From contig OZ024744.1 in NCBI GenBank assembly GCA_964016885.1, positions 29,016,001-29,080,000 of the forward strand: a stretch of 64,000 nt of DNA, written 5' to 3'. Shown one piece after another: positions 15,001 to 30,000 of the stretch (position 1 is the first letter of the stretch; each line of letters opens with the position of its first letter). The notes beneath the pieces were generated by a model. The model did no database searches and was not told the origin of the DNA. It saw only the letters and a list, made by a program, of their open reading frames with translations. Origin of the DNA: Eledone cirrhosa (Eukaryota). The position numbers and the translations under genes were made by a program.

Positions 15001-18000
15001 AAAAGCAGCCAGTCCACGCTCTAAAGTAGTCATGTAGGTGTCACAACAAAAAGCACCCAGTCCACAGTGTAAAGTGGTCATGTATGTGCCAAAACAAAAA
15101 AGTACCCAGTCCACACTGTAAAGTCGTCATGTAGCTATCCCAACAAAAAGTACCCAGTCCACACTGTAAAGTAGTCATGTAGGTGTCACAACAAAAAGTA
15201 CCCAGTCCACACAGTAAAGTGGTCATGTAGGTGCAAAAACAAAAGAGTACCCAGTCCACACTGTAAAGTCGTCATGTAGGTGTCACAACAAAAAGCACCC
15301 AGTCCACACTGTAACATGGTCATGTAGGTGTCACAACAAAAAGCACCCAGTCCACACTGTAAAGTGGTCATGTAGGTGTCACAACAAAAGCACCCAGCCC
15401 ACACTGTAAAGTGGTCATGTAGGTGTCACAACAAAACGTACCCAGTCCACACTGTAAACTAGTCATGTAGGTGTCACAACAAAAAGCACCCAGTCCACAC
15501 TGTAAAGTGGACATGTAGGTGCCAAAACAAAAAAGTACCCAGTCCACACTCTAAAGTAGTCGTGTAGAAATCACACCAAAAAACACTCAGTCCACACTGT
15601 AAAGTCGTCATATAGGTGTCACAACAAAAAGCACCCAGTCCACACTGTAACGTGGTCATGTAGGTGTCACAACAAAAAGCACCCAGTCCACACTGTAAAG
15701 TGGTCATGTAGGTGTCACAACAAAAGCTCCCAGCCCACACTGTAAAGTGGTCATGTAAGTGTCACAACAAGAAGTACCCAATCCACACTGTAAAGTAGTC
15801 ATGTAAGTGTCTCAACAAAAAGTACCCAGTCCACACTGTAAAGTAGTCGTGTAGGTATCACAGCAAAAAACACCCAGTCCACACTGTAAAGTAGCCATGT
15901 AGGTGTCACAACAAAAATATGACAGTCCACACTGTAAAGTGGTCATTTAGGTGTCATATCAAAGAGGAACCCAGTCCAAACTGTAAAGTAGTCATGTAGA
16001 GGTCACAACAACAAGCACCCAGTCCACACTATAAAGTAGTCATGAAGATTTCACAACAAAAAGCACCCAGTCCACACTGTAAATTAGTCATGTAGCTGTC
16101 ACAACAAAAAGCACCCAGTCCACACTGAAAAGTAATCATGTAGGTGTCACAACAAAAATCACCCAGTCCACACTGTAAAGTAGTCATGTTGGTGTCACAA
16201 CAAAAAGCAGCCAGTCCACACTGTAAAGTGGTCATTTAGGTGTCATAACAAAAAGTACCCAAACCACACTGTAAGGTGGTCATGTAGGTGTCACAACGAA
16301 AAGCACCCAGACACACTGTAAAGTGGTCATGTAGGTGTCACAAAAAAAGGACCCAGTCCACACTGTAAAGTGGTCATGTAGGTGTCACAACAGAAAGTAC
16401 CCAATCCACACTTTAAAGTGGTAACGTAGGTGTCACAACAAAATGCACCCAGTCCACACTGTAAATGATCATGTAGGAGTCACAACAAAAAGTACCCAGT
16501 CCACACTGTAAAGTGGTCATTTAGGTGTCATAACAAAAAGTACCCAAACCACACTGTAAGATGGTCATGTAGGTGTCACAACAAAAAGCACCCAGTCCAC
16601 ACTGTAAAGTAGTCATGTAGGCGTCACAATAAAAAGCACCCAGTCCACACTGTAAAGTGGTCATGTAGGTGTCTCAACAAAAAGTAACCAATCCACACTG
16701 TAAAGTGGTCATTTAGGTGTCACAACAAAATGTACCCAGTCCACACTGTAAGGTGGTCATTTAGGTGTCACAACAAAAAGCACCCAGTCCACACTGTAAA
16801 GTGGTCATTTATGTGTCACAACAAAAAGTACCCAGTCCACACTGTAAAGTGGTCATGTAGGTGTCTCAACAGAAAGTACCCAATCCACACTGTAAAGTAG
16901 TCATGTAGGTGTCAAAACAAAAATCACCCAATCCGCACTGTAAAGTGGTCATGTAGATGTCACAACAAAAGCACCCAGTCCACACTTTAAAGTGGTCATG
17001 TAGGTGTCACAACAAAAAGTACCCAGTCCACACTGTAAAGTTGTCATGTAGGCGTCACAACAAAAAGCACCTGGTCCACACTGTAAAGTGGTCATGTAGG
17101 TGTCACAACAAAATGTACCCAGTCCACACTGTAGAGTAGTCATGTAGGTGTCACAACAAAAAGTACCCAGTCCACACCGTAAAGTGGTCATGTAGGTGCA
17201 CAACAAACAGTACCCAGTCCACACTGTAAAGTGGGCATGTAGGTGTCACAACAAAACGCACCCAGTCCACACTGTAAAGTGGTCATGTAGGTGTCTCAAC
17301 AAAAAGTACCCAGTCCACACTGTAAAGTAGCCATGTAGGTGTCACAACAAAAATCACCCAGTCCACACTGTAAAGTGGTCATTTAGGTGTCATATCAAAG
17401 AGGAACCCAGTCCAAACTGTAAAGTAGTCATGTAGAGGTCACAACAAAAGCACCCAGTCCACACTATAAAGTAGTCATGAAGATGTCACAACAAAAAGCA
17501 CCGAGTCCACACTGTAAAGTAATCATGTAGGTGTCACAACAAAAAGCACCCAGTCCACACTGAAAAGTAATCATGTAGGCGTCACAACAAAAATCACCCA
17601 GTCCACACTGTAAAGTAGTCATGTTGGTGTCACAACAAAAAGCAGCCAGTCCACACTGTAAAGTGGTCATTTAGGTGTCATAACAAAAAGTACCCACACC
17701 ACACTGTAAGGTGGTCATGTAGGTGTCACAACAAAAAGCACCCAGTCACACTGTAAAGTAGTCATGTAGGTGTCACAACCAAAAGCACCCTGTCCACACT
17801 GTAAAATAGTCATGTAGGTGACATAAGAAAAAGCACCCAGTCCACACTGTAAAGTAGTCATGTAGGTGTCACAACAAAAAGTACCCAGTCCACACAGTAA
17901 AGTGGTCATGTAGGTGCAAAAACAAAAGAGTACCCAGTCCACACTGTAAAGTCGTCATGTAGGTGTCACAACAAAAAGCACCCAGTCCACACTGTAACAT

Positions 18001-21000
18001 GGTCATGTAGGTGTCACAACAAAAAGCACCCAGTCCACACTGTAAAGTGGTCATGTAGGTGTCACAACAAGAGCACCCAGCCCACACTGTAAAGTGGTCA
18101 TGTAGGTGTCACAACAAAACGTACCCAGTCCACACTGTAAACTAGTCATGTAGGTGTCACAACAAAAAGCACCCAGTCCACACTGTAAAGTGGACATGTA
18201 GGTGCCAAAACAAAAAAGTACCCAGTCCACACTCTAAAGTAGTCGTGTAGAAATCACACCAAAAAACACTCAGTCCACACTGTAAAGTCGTCATATAGGT
18301 GTCACAACAAAAAGCACCCAGTCCACACTGTAACGTGGTCATGTAGGTGTCACAACAAAAAGCACCCAGTCCACACTGTAAAGTGGTCATGTAGGTGTCA
18401 CAACAAAAGCTCCCAGCCCACACTGTAAATTGGTCATGTAAGTGTCACAACAAGAAGTACCCAATCCACACTGTAAAGTAGTCATGTAAGTGTCTCAACA
18501 AAAAGTACCCAGTCCACACTGTAAAGTAGTCGTGTAGGTATCACAGCAAAAAACACCCAGTCCACACTGTAAAGTAGCCATGTAGGTGTCACAACAAAGA
18601 TATGACAGTCCACACTGTAAAGTGGTCATTTAGGTGTCATATCAAAGAGGAACCCAGTCCAAACTGTAAAGTAGTCATGTAGAGGTCACAACAACAAGCA
18701 CCCAGTCCACACTATAAAGTAGTCATGAAGATTTCACAACAAAAAGCACCCAGTCCACACTGTAAATTAGTCATGTAGCTGTCACAACAAAAAGCACCCA
18801 GTCCACACTGAAAAGTAATCATGTAGGTGTCACAACAAAAATCACCCAGTCCACACTGTAAACTAGTCATGTAGGTGTCACAACAAAAAGCACACAGTCC
18901 ACACTGTAAAGTGGACATGTAGGTGCCAAAACAAAAAAGTACCCAGTCCACACTCTAAAGTAGTCGTGTAGAAATCACACCAAAAAACACTCAGTCCACA
19001 CTGTAAAGTCGTCATATAGGTGTCACAACAAAAAGCACCCAGTCCACACTGTAACGTGGTCATGTAGGTGTCACAACAAAAAGCACCCAGTCCACACTGT
19101 AAAGTGGTCATGTAGGTGTCACAACAAAAGCTCCCAGCCCACACTGTAAAGTGGTCATGTAAGTGTCACAACAAGAAGTACCCAATCCACACTGTAAAGT
19201 AGTCATGTAAGTGTCTCAACAAAAAGTACCCAGTCCACACTGTAAAGTAGTCGTGTAGGTATCACAGCAAAAAACACCCAGTCCACACTGTAAAGTAGCC
19301 ATGTAGGTGTCACAACAAAAATATGACAGTCCACACTGTAAAGTGGTCATTTAGGTGTCATATCAAAGAGGAACCCAGTCCAAACTGTAAAGTAGTCATG
19401 TAGAGGTCACAACAACAAGCACCCAGTCCACACTATAAAGTAGTCATGAAGATTTCACAACAAAAAGCACCCAGTCCACACTGTAAATTAGTCATGTAGC
19501 TGTCACAACAAAAAGCACCCAGTCCACACTGAAAAGTAATCATGTAGGTGTCACAACAAAAATCACCCAGTCCACACTGTAAAGTAGTCATGTTGGTGTC
19601 ACAACAAAAAGCAGCCAGTCCACACTGTAAAGTGGTCATTTAGGTGTCATAACAAAAAGTACCCAAACCACACTGTAAGGTGGTCATGTAGGTGTCACAA
19701 CGAAAAGCACCCAGACACACTGTAAAGTGGTCATGTAGGTGTCACAAAAAAAGGACCCAGTCCACACTGTAAAGTGGTCATGTAGGTGTCACAACAGAAA
19801 GTACCCAATCCACACTTTAAAGTGGTAACGTAGGTGTCACAACAAAATGCACCCAGTCCACACTGTAAATGATCATGTAGGAGTCACAACAAAAAGTACC
19901 CAGTCCACACTGTAAAGTGGTCATTTAGGTGTCATAACAAAAAGTACCCAAACCACACTGTAAGATGGTCATGTAGGTGTCACAACAAAAAGCACCCAGT
20001 CCACACTGTAAAGTAGTCATGTAGGCGTCACAATAAAAAGCACCCAGTCCACACTGTAAAGTGGTCATGTAGGTGTCTCAACAAAAAGTAACCAATCCAC
20101 ACTGTAAAGTGGTCATTTAGGTGTCACAACAAAATGTACCCAGTCCACACTGTAAGGTGGTCATTTAGGTGTCACAACAAAAAGCACCCAGTCCACACTG
20201 TAAAGTGGTCATTTATGTGTCACAACAAAAAGTACCCAGTCCACACTGTAAAGTGGTCATGTAGGTGTCTCAACAGAAAGTACCCAATCCACACTGTAAA
20301 GTAGTCATGTAGGTGTCAAAACAAAAATCACCCAATCCGCACTGTAAAGTGGTCATGTAGATGTCACAACAAAAGCACCCAGTCCACACTTTAAAGTGGT
20401 CATGTAGGTGTCACAACAAAAAGTACCCAGTCCACACTGTAAAGTTGTCATGTAGGCGTCACAACAAAAAGCACCTGGTCCACACTGTAAAGTGGTCATG
20501 TAGGTGTCACAACAAAATGTACCCAGTCCACACTGTAGAGTAGTCATGTAGGTGTCACAACAAAAAGTACCCAGTCCACACCGTAAAGTGGTCATGTAGG
20601 TGCACAACAAACAGTACCCAGTCCACACTGTAAAGTGGGCATGTAGGTGTCACAACAAAACGCACCCAGTCCACACTGTAAAGTGGTCATGTAGGTGTCT
20701 CAACAAAAAGTACCCAGTCCACACTGTAAAGTAGCCATGTAGGTGTCACAACAAAAATCACCCAGTCCACACTGTAAAGTGGTCATTTAGGTGTCATATC
20801 AAAGAGGAACCCAGTCCAAACTGTAAAGTAGTCATGTAGAGGTCACAACAAAAGCACCCAGTCCACACTATAAAGTAGTCATGAAGATGTCACAACAAAA
20901 AGCACCGAGTCCACACTGTAAAGTAGTCATGTAGGTGTCACAACAAAAAGCACCCAGTCCACACTGAAAAGTAATCATGTAGGCGTCACAACAAAAATCA

Positions 21001-24000
21001 CCCAGTCCACACTGTAAAGTAGTCATGTTGGTGTCACAACAAAAAGCAGCCAGTCCACACCACACTGTAAGGTGGTCATGTAGGTGTCACAACAAAAAGC
21101 ACCCAGTCACACTGTAAAGTAGTCATGTAGGTGTCACAACCAAAAGCACCCTGTCCACACTGTAAAATAGTCATGTAGGTGACATAAGAAAAAGCACCCA
21201 GTCCACACTGTAAAGTAGTCATGTAGGTGTCACAACAAAAAGTACCCAGTCCACACAGTAAAGTGGTCATGTAGGTGCAAAAACAAAAGAGTACCCAGTC
21301 CACACTGTAAAGTCGTCATGTAGGTGTCACAACAAAAAGCACCCAGTCCACACTGTAACATGGTCATGTAGGTGTCACAACAAAAAGCACCCAGTCCACA
21401 CTGTAAAGTGGTCATGTAGGTGTCACAACAAGAGCACCCAGCCCACACTGTAAAGTGGTCATGTAGGTGTCACAACAAAACGTACCCAGTCCACACTGTA
21501 AACTAGTCATGTAGGTGTCACAACAAAAAGCACCCAGTCCACACTGTAAAGTGGACATGTAGGTGCCAAAACAAAAAAGTACCCAGTCCACACTCTAAAG
21601 TAGTCGTGTAGAAATCACACCAAAAAACACTCAGTCCACACTGTAAAGTCGTCATATAGGTGTCACAACAAAAAGCACCCAGTCCACACTGTAACGTGGT
21701 CATGTAGGTGTCACAACAAAAAGCACCCAGTCCACACTGTAAAGTGGTCATGTAGGTGTCACAACAAAAGCTCCCAGCCCACACTGTAAAGTGGTCATGT
21801 AAGTGTCACAACAAGAAGTACCCAATCCACACTGTAAAGTAGTCATGTAAGTGTCTCAACAAAAAGTACCCAGTCCACACTGTAAAGTAGTCGTGTAGGT
21901 ATCACAGCAAAAAACACCCAGTCCACACTGTAAAGTAGCCATGTAGGTGTCACAACAAAAATATGACAGTCCACACTGTAAAGTGGTCATTTAGGTGTCA
22001 TATCAAAGAGGAACCCAGTCCAAACTGTAAAGTAGTCATGTAGAGGTCACAACAACAAGCACCCAGTCCACACTATAAAGTAGTCATGAAGATTTCACAA
22101 CAAAAAGCACCCAGTCCACACTGTAAATTAGTCATGTAGCTGTCACAACAAAAAGCACCCAGTCCACACTGAAAAGTAATCATGTAGGTGTCACAACAAA
22201 AATCACCCAGTCCACACTGTAAAGTAGTCATGTTGGTGTCACAACAAAAAGCAGCCAGTCCACACTGTAAAGTGGTCATTTAGGTGTCATAACAAAAAGT
22301 ACCCAAACCACACTGTAAGGTGGTCATGTAGGTGTCACAACGAAAAGCACCCAGACACACTGTAAAGTGGTCATGTAGGTGTCACAAAAAAAGGACCCAG
22401 TCCACACTGTAAAGTGGTCATGTAGGTGTCACAACAGAAAGTACCCAATCCACACTTTAAAGTGGTAACGTAGGTGTCACAACAAAATGCACCCAGTCCA
22501 CACTGTAAATGATCATGTAGGAGTCACAACAAAAAGTACCCAGTCCACACTGTAAAGTGGTCATTTAGGTGTCATAACAAAAAGTACCCAAACCACACTG
22601 TAAGATGGTCATGTAGGTGTCACAACAAAAAGCACCCAGTCCACACTGTAAAGTAGTCATGTAGGCGTCACAATAAAAAGCACCCAGTCCACACTGTAAA
22701 GTGGTCATGTAGGTGTCTCAACAAAAAGTAACCAATCCACACTGTAAAGTGGTCATTTAGGTGTCACAACAAAATGTACCCAGTCCACACTGTAAGGTGG
22801 TCATTTAGGTGTCACAACAAAAAGCACCCAGTCCACACTGTAAAGTGGTCATTTATGTGTCACAACAAAAAGTACCCAGTCCACACTGTAAAGTGGTCAT
22901 GTAGGTGTCTCAACAGAAAGTACCCAATCCACACTGTAAAGTAGTCATGTAGGTGTCAAAACAAAAATCACCCAATCCACACTGTAAAGTGGTCATGTAG
23001 ATGTCACAACAAAAGCACCCAGTCCACACTTTAAAGTGGTCATGTAGGTGTCACAACAAAAAGTACCCAGTCCACACTGTAAAGTTGTCATGTAGGCGTC
23101 ACAACAAAAAGCACCTGGTCCACACTGTAAAGTGGTCATGTAGGTGTCACAACAAAATGTACCCAGTCCACACTGTAGAGTAGTCATGTAGGTGTCACAA
23201 CAAAAAGTACCCAGTCCACACCGTAAAGTGGTCATGTAGGTGCACAACAAACAGTACCCAGTCCACACTGTAAAGTGGGCATGTAGGTGTCACAACAAAA
23301 CGCACCCAGTCCACACTGTAAAGTGGTCATGTAGGTGTCTCAACAAAAAGTACCCAGTCCACACTGTAAAGTAGCCATGTAGGTGTCACAACAAAAATCA
23401 CCCAGTCCACACTGTAAAGTGGTCATTTAGGTGTCATATCAAAGAGGAACCCAGTCCAAACTGTAAAGTAGTCATGTAGAGGTCACAACAAAAGCACCCA
23501 GTCCACACTATAAAGTAGTCATGAAGATGTCACAACAAAAAGCACCGAGTCCACACTGTAAAGTAGTCATGTAGGTGTCACAACAAAAAGCACCCAGTCC
23601 ACACTGAAAAGTAATCATGTAGGCGTCACAACAAAAATCACCCAGTCCACACTGTAAAGTAGTCATGTTGGTGTCACAACAAAAAGCAGCCAGTCCACAC
23701 TGTAAAGTGGTCATTTAGGTGTCATAACAAAAAGTACCCACACCACACTGTAAGGTGGTCATGTAGGTGTCACAACAAAAAGCACCCAGTCACACTGTAA
23801 AGTAGTCATGTAGGTGTCACAACCAAAAGCACCCTGTCCACACTGTAAAATAGTCATGTAGGTGACATAAGAAAAAGCACCCAGTCCACACTGTAAAGTT
23901 GGCATGTAGGGGTCACAACAAAAGCACCCAGTCCACACTGCAAAGTGGTCATGTAGTTGTCACAACAAAACTCACTCAGTCCACACTGTAAAGTAGTCAT

Positions 24001-27000
24001 GTAGGTGTCACAACAAAATACACCCAGTCCACACTGTAAAGTAGCCATGTAGTGTCACAACAAAATGCACCCTGTCCACACTGTAAAGTGGTCATGTAGG
24101 TGTCACAACAAAAAGTACCTAGTCCACACTGTAAAGTGGTCATGTAGCTGTCACAACAAAAAGCACCCAGTCCACACTGTAACGTGGTCATGTAGGTGTC
24201 ACAACAAAAGCACCCAGCCCACACTGTAAAGTGGTCATGTTGGTTTCACAACAAAAAGTACCCAGTCCACACTGTAAAGTAGTCATGTAGGCGTCACAAC
24301 AAAAAGCACCCAGTCGACACTGTAAAGTGGTCATTTAGGTGTCACAACAAAATGTACCCAGTCCACACTGTAAAGTGGTCATGTAAGTCTCACAACAAAA
24401 AGCACCCAGTCCACACTGTAAAGTGGTCATTTAGGTGTCACAACAAAAATTATCCAGTCCACACTGTAAAGTGGTCATGTAGGTGTCTCAACAAAAAGTA
24501 CCCAATCCACACTGTAAAGTAGTCATGTAGGTGTCAAAACAAAAATCACCCAGTCCACACTGTAAAGTGGTCATGTAGGTGTCACAACAAAAGCACCCAG
24601 TTCACACTTTAAAGTGGTCATGTAGGTGTCACAACAAAAAGTATCCAGTCCACACTGTAAAGTAGTCATGTAGGCGTCACAACAAAAAGCACCTGGTCCA
24701 CACTGTAAAGTGGTCATGTAGGTGTCACAACAAAATGTACCCAGTCCAGACTGTAAAGTAGTCATGTAGGTATCACAACAAAAAGTACCCAGTCCACACT
24801 GTAAAGTGGTCATGTAGGTGCACAACAAAAAGTACCCAGTTCACACTGTAAAGTAGTCATGTAGGTGTCACAATAAAAAGTACCCAGTCCACACTGTAAA
24901 GTGGGCATGTAGGTGTCATAACAAAAAGCACCCAGTCCACACTGTAAAGTGTTCATGTAGGTGTCTCAACAAAAGGTACCCAGTCCACACTGTAAAGTAG
25001 TCATGTAGGTGTCACAATAAAAAGCACCCAGCCCACACTGTAAAGTGGTCATGTAGGTGTCACAACAAAAAGCACCCAGTCCACACTGTAAAGTGGTCAT
25101 GTATGTCTCACAACAAAAAGCACCCAGTCCACACTGTAACATGGTCATGTAGGTGTCACAACAAAAAGCACCCAGTCCACACTGTAAAGTGGTCATGTAG
25201 GTGTCACAACAAAAGCACCCAGCCCACACTGTAAAGTGGTCATGTAGGTGTCACAACAAAACGTACCCAGTCCACACTGTAAACTAGTCATGTAGGTGTC
25301 ACAACAAAAAGCACCCAGTCCACACTGTAAAGTGGACATGTAGGTGCCAAAACAAAAAAGTACCCAGTCCACACTCTAAAGTAGTCGTGTAGAAATCACA
25401 CCAAAAAACACCCAGTCCACACTGTAAAGTCGTCATATAGGTGTCACAACAAAAAGCACCCAGTCCACACTGTAACGTGGTCATGTAGGTGTCACAACAA
25501 AAAGCACCCAGTCCACACTGTAAAGTGGTCATGTAGGTGTCACAACAAAAGCTCCCAGCCCACACTGTAAAGTGGTCATGTAAGTGTCACAACAAGAAGT
25601 ACCCAATCCACACTGTAAAGTAGTCATGTAAGTGTCTCAACAAAAAGTACCCAGTCCACACTGTAAAGTAGTCGTGTAGGTATCACAGCAAAAAACACCC
25701 AGTCCACACTGTAAAGTAGCCATGTAGGTGTCACAACAAAAATATGACAGTCCACACTGTAAAGTGGTCATTTAGGTGTCATATCAAAGAGGAACCCAGT
25801 CCAAACTGTAAAGTAGTCATGTAGATGTCACAACAACAAGCACCCAGTCCACACTATAAAGTAGTCATGAAGATTTCACAACAAAAAGCACCCAGACCAC
25901 ACTGTAAATTAGTCATGTAGCTGTCACAACAAAAAGCACCCAGTCCACACTGAAAAGTAATCATGTAGGTGTCACAACAAAAATCACCCAGTCCACACTG
26001 TAAAGTAGTCATGTTGGTGTCACAACAAAAAGCAGCCAGTCCACACTGTAAAGTGGTCATTTAGGTGTCATAACAAAAAGTACACAAACCACACTGTAAG
26101 GTGGTCATGTAGGTGTCACAACGAAAAGCACCCAGACACACTGTAAAGTGGTCATGTAGGTGTCACAAAAAAAGGACCCAGTCCACACTGTAAAGTGGTC
26201 ATGTAGGTGTCACAACAGAAAGTACCCAATCCACACTTTAAAGTGGTAACGTAGGTGTCAAAACAAAAAGCACCCAGTCCACACTGTAAATGATCATGTA
26301 GGAGTCACAACAAAAAGTACCCAGTCCACACTGTAAAGTGGTCATTTAGGTGTCATAACAAAAAGTACCCAAACCACACTGTAAGATGGTCATGTAGGTG
26401 TCACAACAAAAAGCACCCAGTCCACACTGTAAAGTAGTCATGTAGGCGTCACAATAAAAAGCACCCAGTCCACACTGTAAAGTGGTCATGTAGGTGTCTC
26501 AACAAAAAGTACCCAATCCACACTGTAAAGTGGTCATTTAGGTGTCACAACAAAATGTACCCAGTCCACACTGTAAGGTGGTCATTTAGGTGTCACAACA
26601 AAAAGCACCCAGTCCACACTGTAAAGTGGTCATTTATGTGTCACAACAAAAAGTACCCAGTCCACACTGTAAAGTGGTCATGTAGGTGTCTCAACAGAAA
26701 GTACCCAATCCACACTGTAAAGTAGTCATGTAGGTGTCAAAACAAAAATCACCCAATCCACACTGTAAAGTGGTCATGTAGATGTCACAACAAAAGCACC
26801 CAGTCCACACTTTAAAGTGGTCATGTAGGTGTCACAACAAAAAGTACCCAGTCCACACTGTAAAGTTGTCATGTAGGCGTCACAACAAAAAGCACCTGGT
26901 CCACACTGTAAAGTGGTCATGTAGGTGTCACAACAAAATGTACCCAGTCCACACTGTAGAGTAGTCATGTAGGTGTCACAACAAAAAGTACCCAGTCCAC

Positions 27001-30000
27001 ACCGTAAAGTGGTCATGTAGGTGCACAACAAACAGTACCCAGTCCACACTGTAAAGTGGGCATGTAGGTGTCACAACAAAACGCACCCAGTCCACACTGT
27101 AAAGTGGTCATGTAGGTGTCTCAACAAAAAGTACCCAGTCCACACTGTAAAGTAGCCATGTAGGTGTCACAACAAAAATCACCCAGTCCACACTGTAAAG
27201 TGGTCATTTAGGTGTCATATCAAAGAGGAACCCAGTCCAAACTGTAAAGTAGTCATGTAGAGGTCACAACAAAAGCACCCAGTCCACACTATAAAGTAGT
27301 CATGAAGATGTCACAACAAAAAGCACCGAGTCCACACTGTAAAGTAGTCATGTAGGTGTCACAACAAAAAGCACCCAGTCCACACTGAAAAGTAATCATG
27401 TAGGCGTCACAACAAAAATCACCCAGTCCACACTGTAAAGTAGTCATGTTGGTGTCACAACAAAAAGCAGCCAGTCCACACTGTAAAGTGGTCATTTAGG
27501 TGTCATAACAAAAAGTACCCACACCACACTGTAAGGTGGTCATGTAGGTGTCACAACAAAAAGCACCCAGTCACACTGTAAAGTAGTCATGTAGGTGTCA
27601 CAACCAAAAGCACCCTGTCCACACTGTAAAATAGTCATGTAGGTGACATAAGAAAAAGCACCCAGTCCACACTGTAAAGTTGGCATGTAGGGGTCACAAC
27701 AAAAGCACCCAGTCCACACTGCAAAGTGGTCATGTAGTTGTCACAACAAAACTCACTCAGTCCACACTGTAAAGTAGTCATGTAGGTGTCACAACAAAAT
27801 ACACCCAGTCCACACTGTAAAGTAGCCATGTAGTGTCACAACAAAATGCACCCTGTCCACACTGTAAAGTGGTCATGTAGGTGTCACAACAAAAAGTACC
27901 CAGTCCACACTGTAAAGTGGTCATGTAAGTGTCACAACAAAAAGTACCTAGTCCACACTGTAAAGTGGTCATGTAGCTGTCACAACAAAAAGCACCCAGT
28001 CCACACTGTAACGTGGTCATGTAGGTGTCACAACAAAAGCACCCAGCCCACACTGTAAAGTGGTCATGTTGGTTTCACAACAAAAAGTACCCAGTCCACA
28101 CTGTAAAGTAGTCATGTAGGCGTCACAACAAAAAGCACCCAGTCGACACTGTAAAGTGGTCATTTAGGTGTCACAACAAAATGTACCCAGTCCACACTGT
28201 AAAGTGGTCATGTAAGTCTCACAACAAAAAGCACCCAGTCCACACTGTAAAGTGGTCATTTAGGTGTCACAACAAAAAGTATCCAGTCCACACTGTAAAG
28301 TGGTCATGTAGGTGTCTCAACAAAAAGTACCCAATCCACACTGTAAAGTAGTCATGTAGGTGTCAAAACAAAAATCACCCAGTCCACACTGTAAAGTGGT
28401 CATGTAGGTGTCACAACAAAAGCACCCAGTTCACACTTTAAAGTGGTCATGTAGGTGTCACAACAAAAAGTATCCAGTCCACACTGTAAAGTAGTCATGT
28501 AGGCGTCACAACAAAAAGCACCTGGTCCACACTGTAAAGTGGTCATGTAGGTGTCACAACAAAATGTACCCAGTCCAGACTGTAAAGTAGTCATGTAGGT
28601 ATCACAACAAAAAGTACCCAGTCCACACTGTAAAGTGGTCATGTAGGTGCACAACAAAAAGTACCCAGTTCACACTGTAAAGTAGTCATGTAGGTGTCAC
28701 AATAAAAAGTACCCAGTCCACACTGTAAAGTGGGCATGTAGGTGTCATAACAAAAAGCACCCAGTCCACACTGTAAAGTGTTCATGTAGGTGTCTCAACA
28801 AAAAGTACCCAGTCCACACTGTAAAGTAGTCATGTAGGTGTCACAATAAAAAGCACCCAGCCCACACTGTAAAGTGGTCATGTAGGTGTCACAACAAAAA
28901 GCACCCAGTCCACACTGTAAAGTGGTCATGTATGTCTCACAACAAAAAGCACCCAGTCCACACTGTAAAGTGGTCATGTAGGTGTCTGAACAAAAAGTAC
29001 CCATCCACACTGTAAAGTAGTCATGTAGGCGTCACAACAAAAAGCACCTGGTCCACACTGTAAAGTGGTCATGTAGGTGTCACAACAAAATGTACCCAGT
29101 CCACACTGTAAAGTAGTCATGTAGGTATCACAACAAAAAGTACCCAGTCCACACTGTAAAGTGGTCATGTAGGTGCACAACAAAAAGTACCCTCTACACT
29201 GTAAAGTAGTCATGTAGGTGTCACAATAAAAAGTACCCAGTCCACACTGTAAAGTGGGCATGTAGGTGTCATAAAAAAAAGCACCCAGTCCACACTGTAA
29301 AGTGGTCATGTAGGTGTCTCAACAAAAAGTACCCAGTCCACACTGTAAAGTAGTCATGTAGGTGTCACAATAAAAAGCACCCAGCCCACACTGTAAAGTG
29401 GACATGTAGGTGTCACAACAAAAAGCACCCAGTCCACACTGTAAAGTGGTCATGTAAGTGTCACAACAAGAAGTACCCAATCCACACTGTAAAGTAGTCA
29501 TGTAGGCGTCACAACAAAAAGCACCCAGTCCACACTATAAAGTGGTAATGTAGGTGTCGCAACAAAAAGTACCCAGTCCACACTGTAAAGTAGTCATGTA
29601 AGTGTCTCAACAAAAAGTACCCAGTCCACACTGTAAAGTAGTCGTGTAGGTATCACAGCAAAAAACACCCAGTCCACACTGTAAAGTAGCCATGTATGTG
29701 TCACAACAAAAATATGCCAGTCCACACTGTAAAGTGGTAATTTAGGTGTCATATCAAAGAGGAACCCAGTCCAAACTGTAAAGTAGTCATGTAGAGGTCA
29801 CAACAACAATCACCCAGTCCACACTATAAAGTAGTCATGAAGATTTCACAACAAAAAGCACCCAGTCCACACTGTAAATTAGTCATGTAGCTGTCACAAC
29901 AAAAAGCACCCAGTCCACACTGAAAAGTAATCATGTAGGTGTCACAACAAAAATCACCCAGTCCACACTGTAAAGTAGTCATGTTGGTGTCACAACAAAA

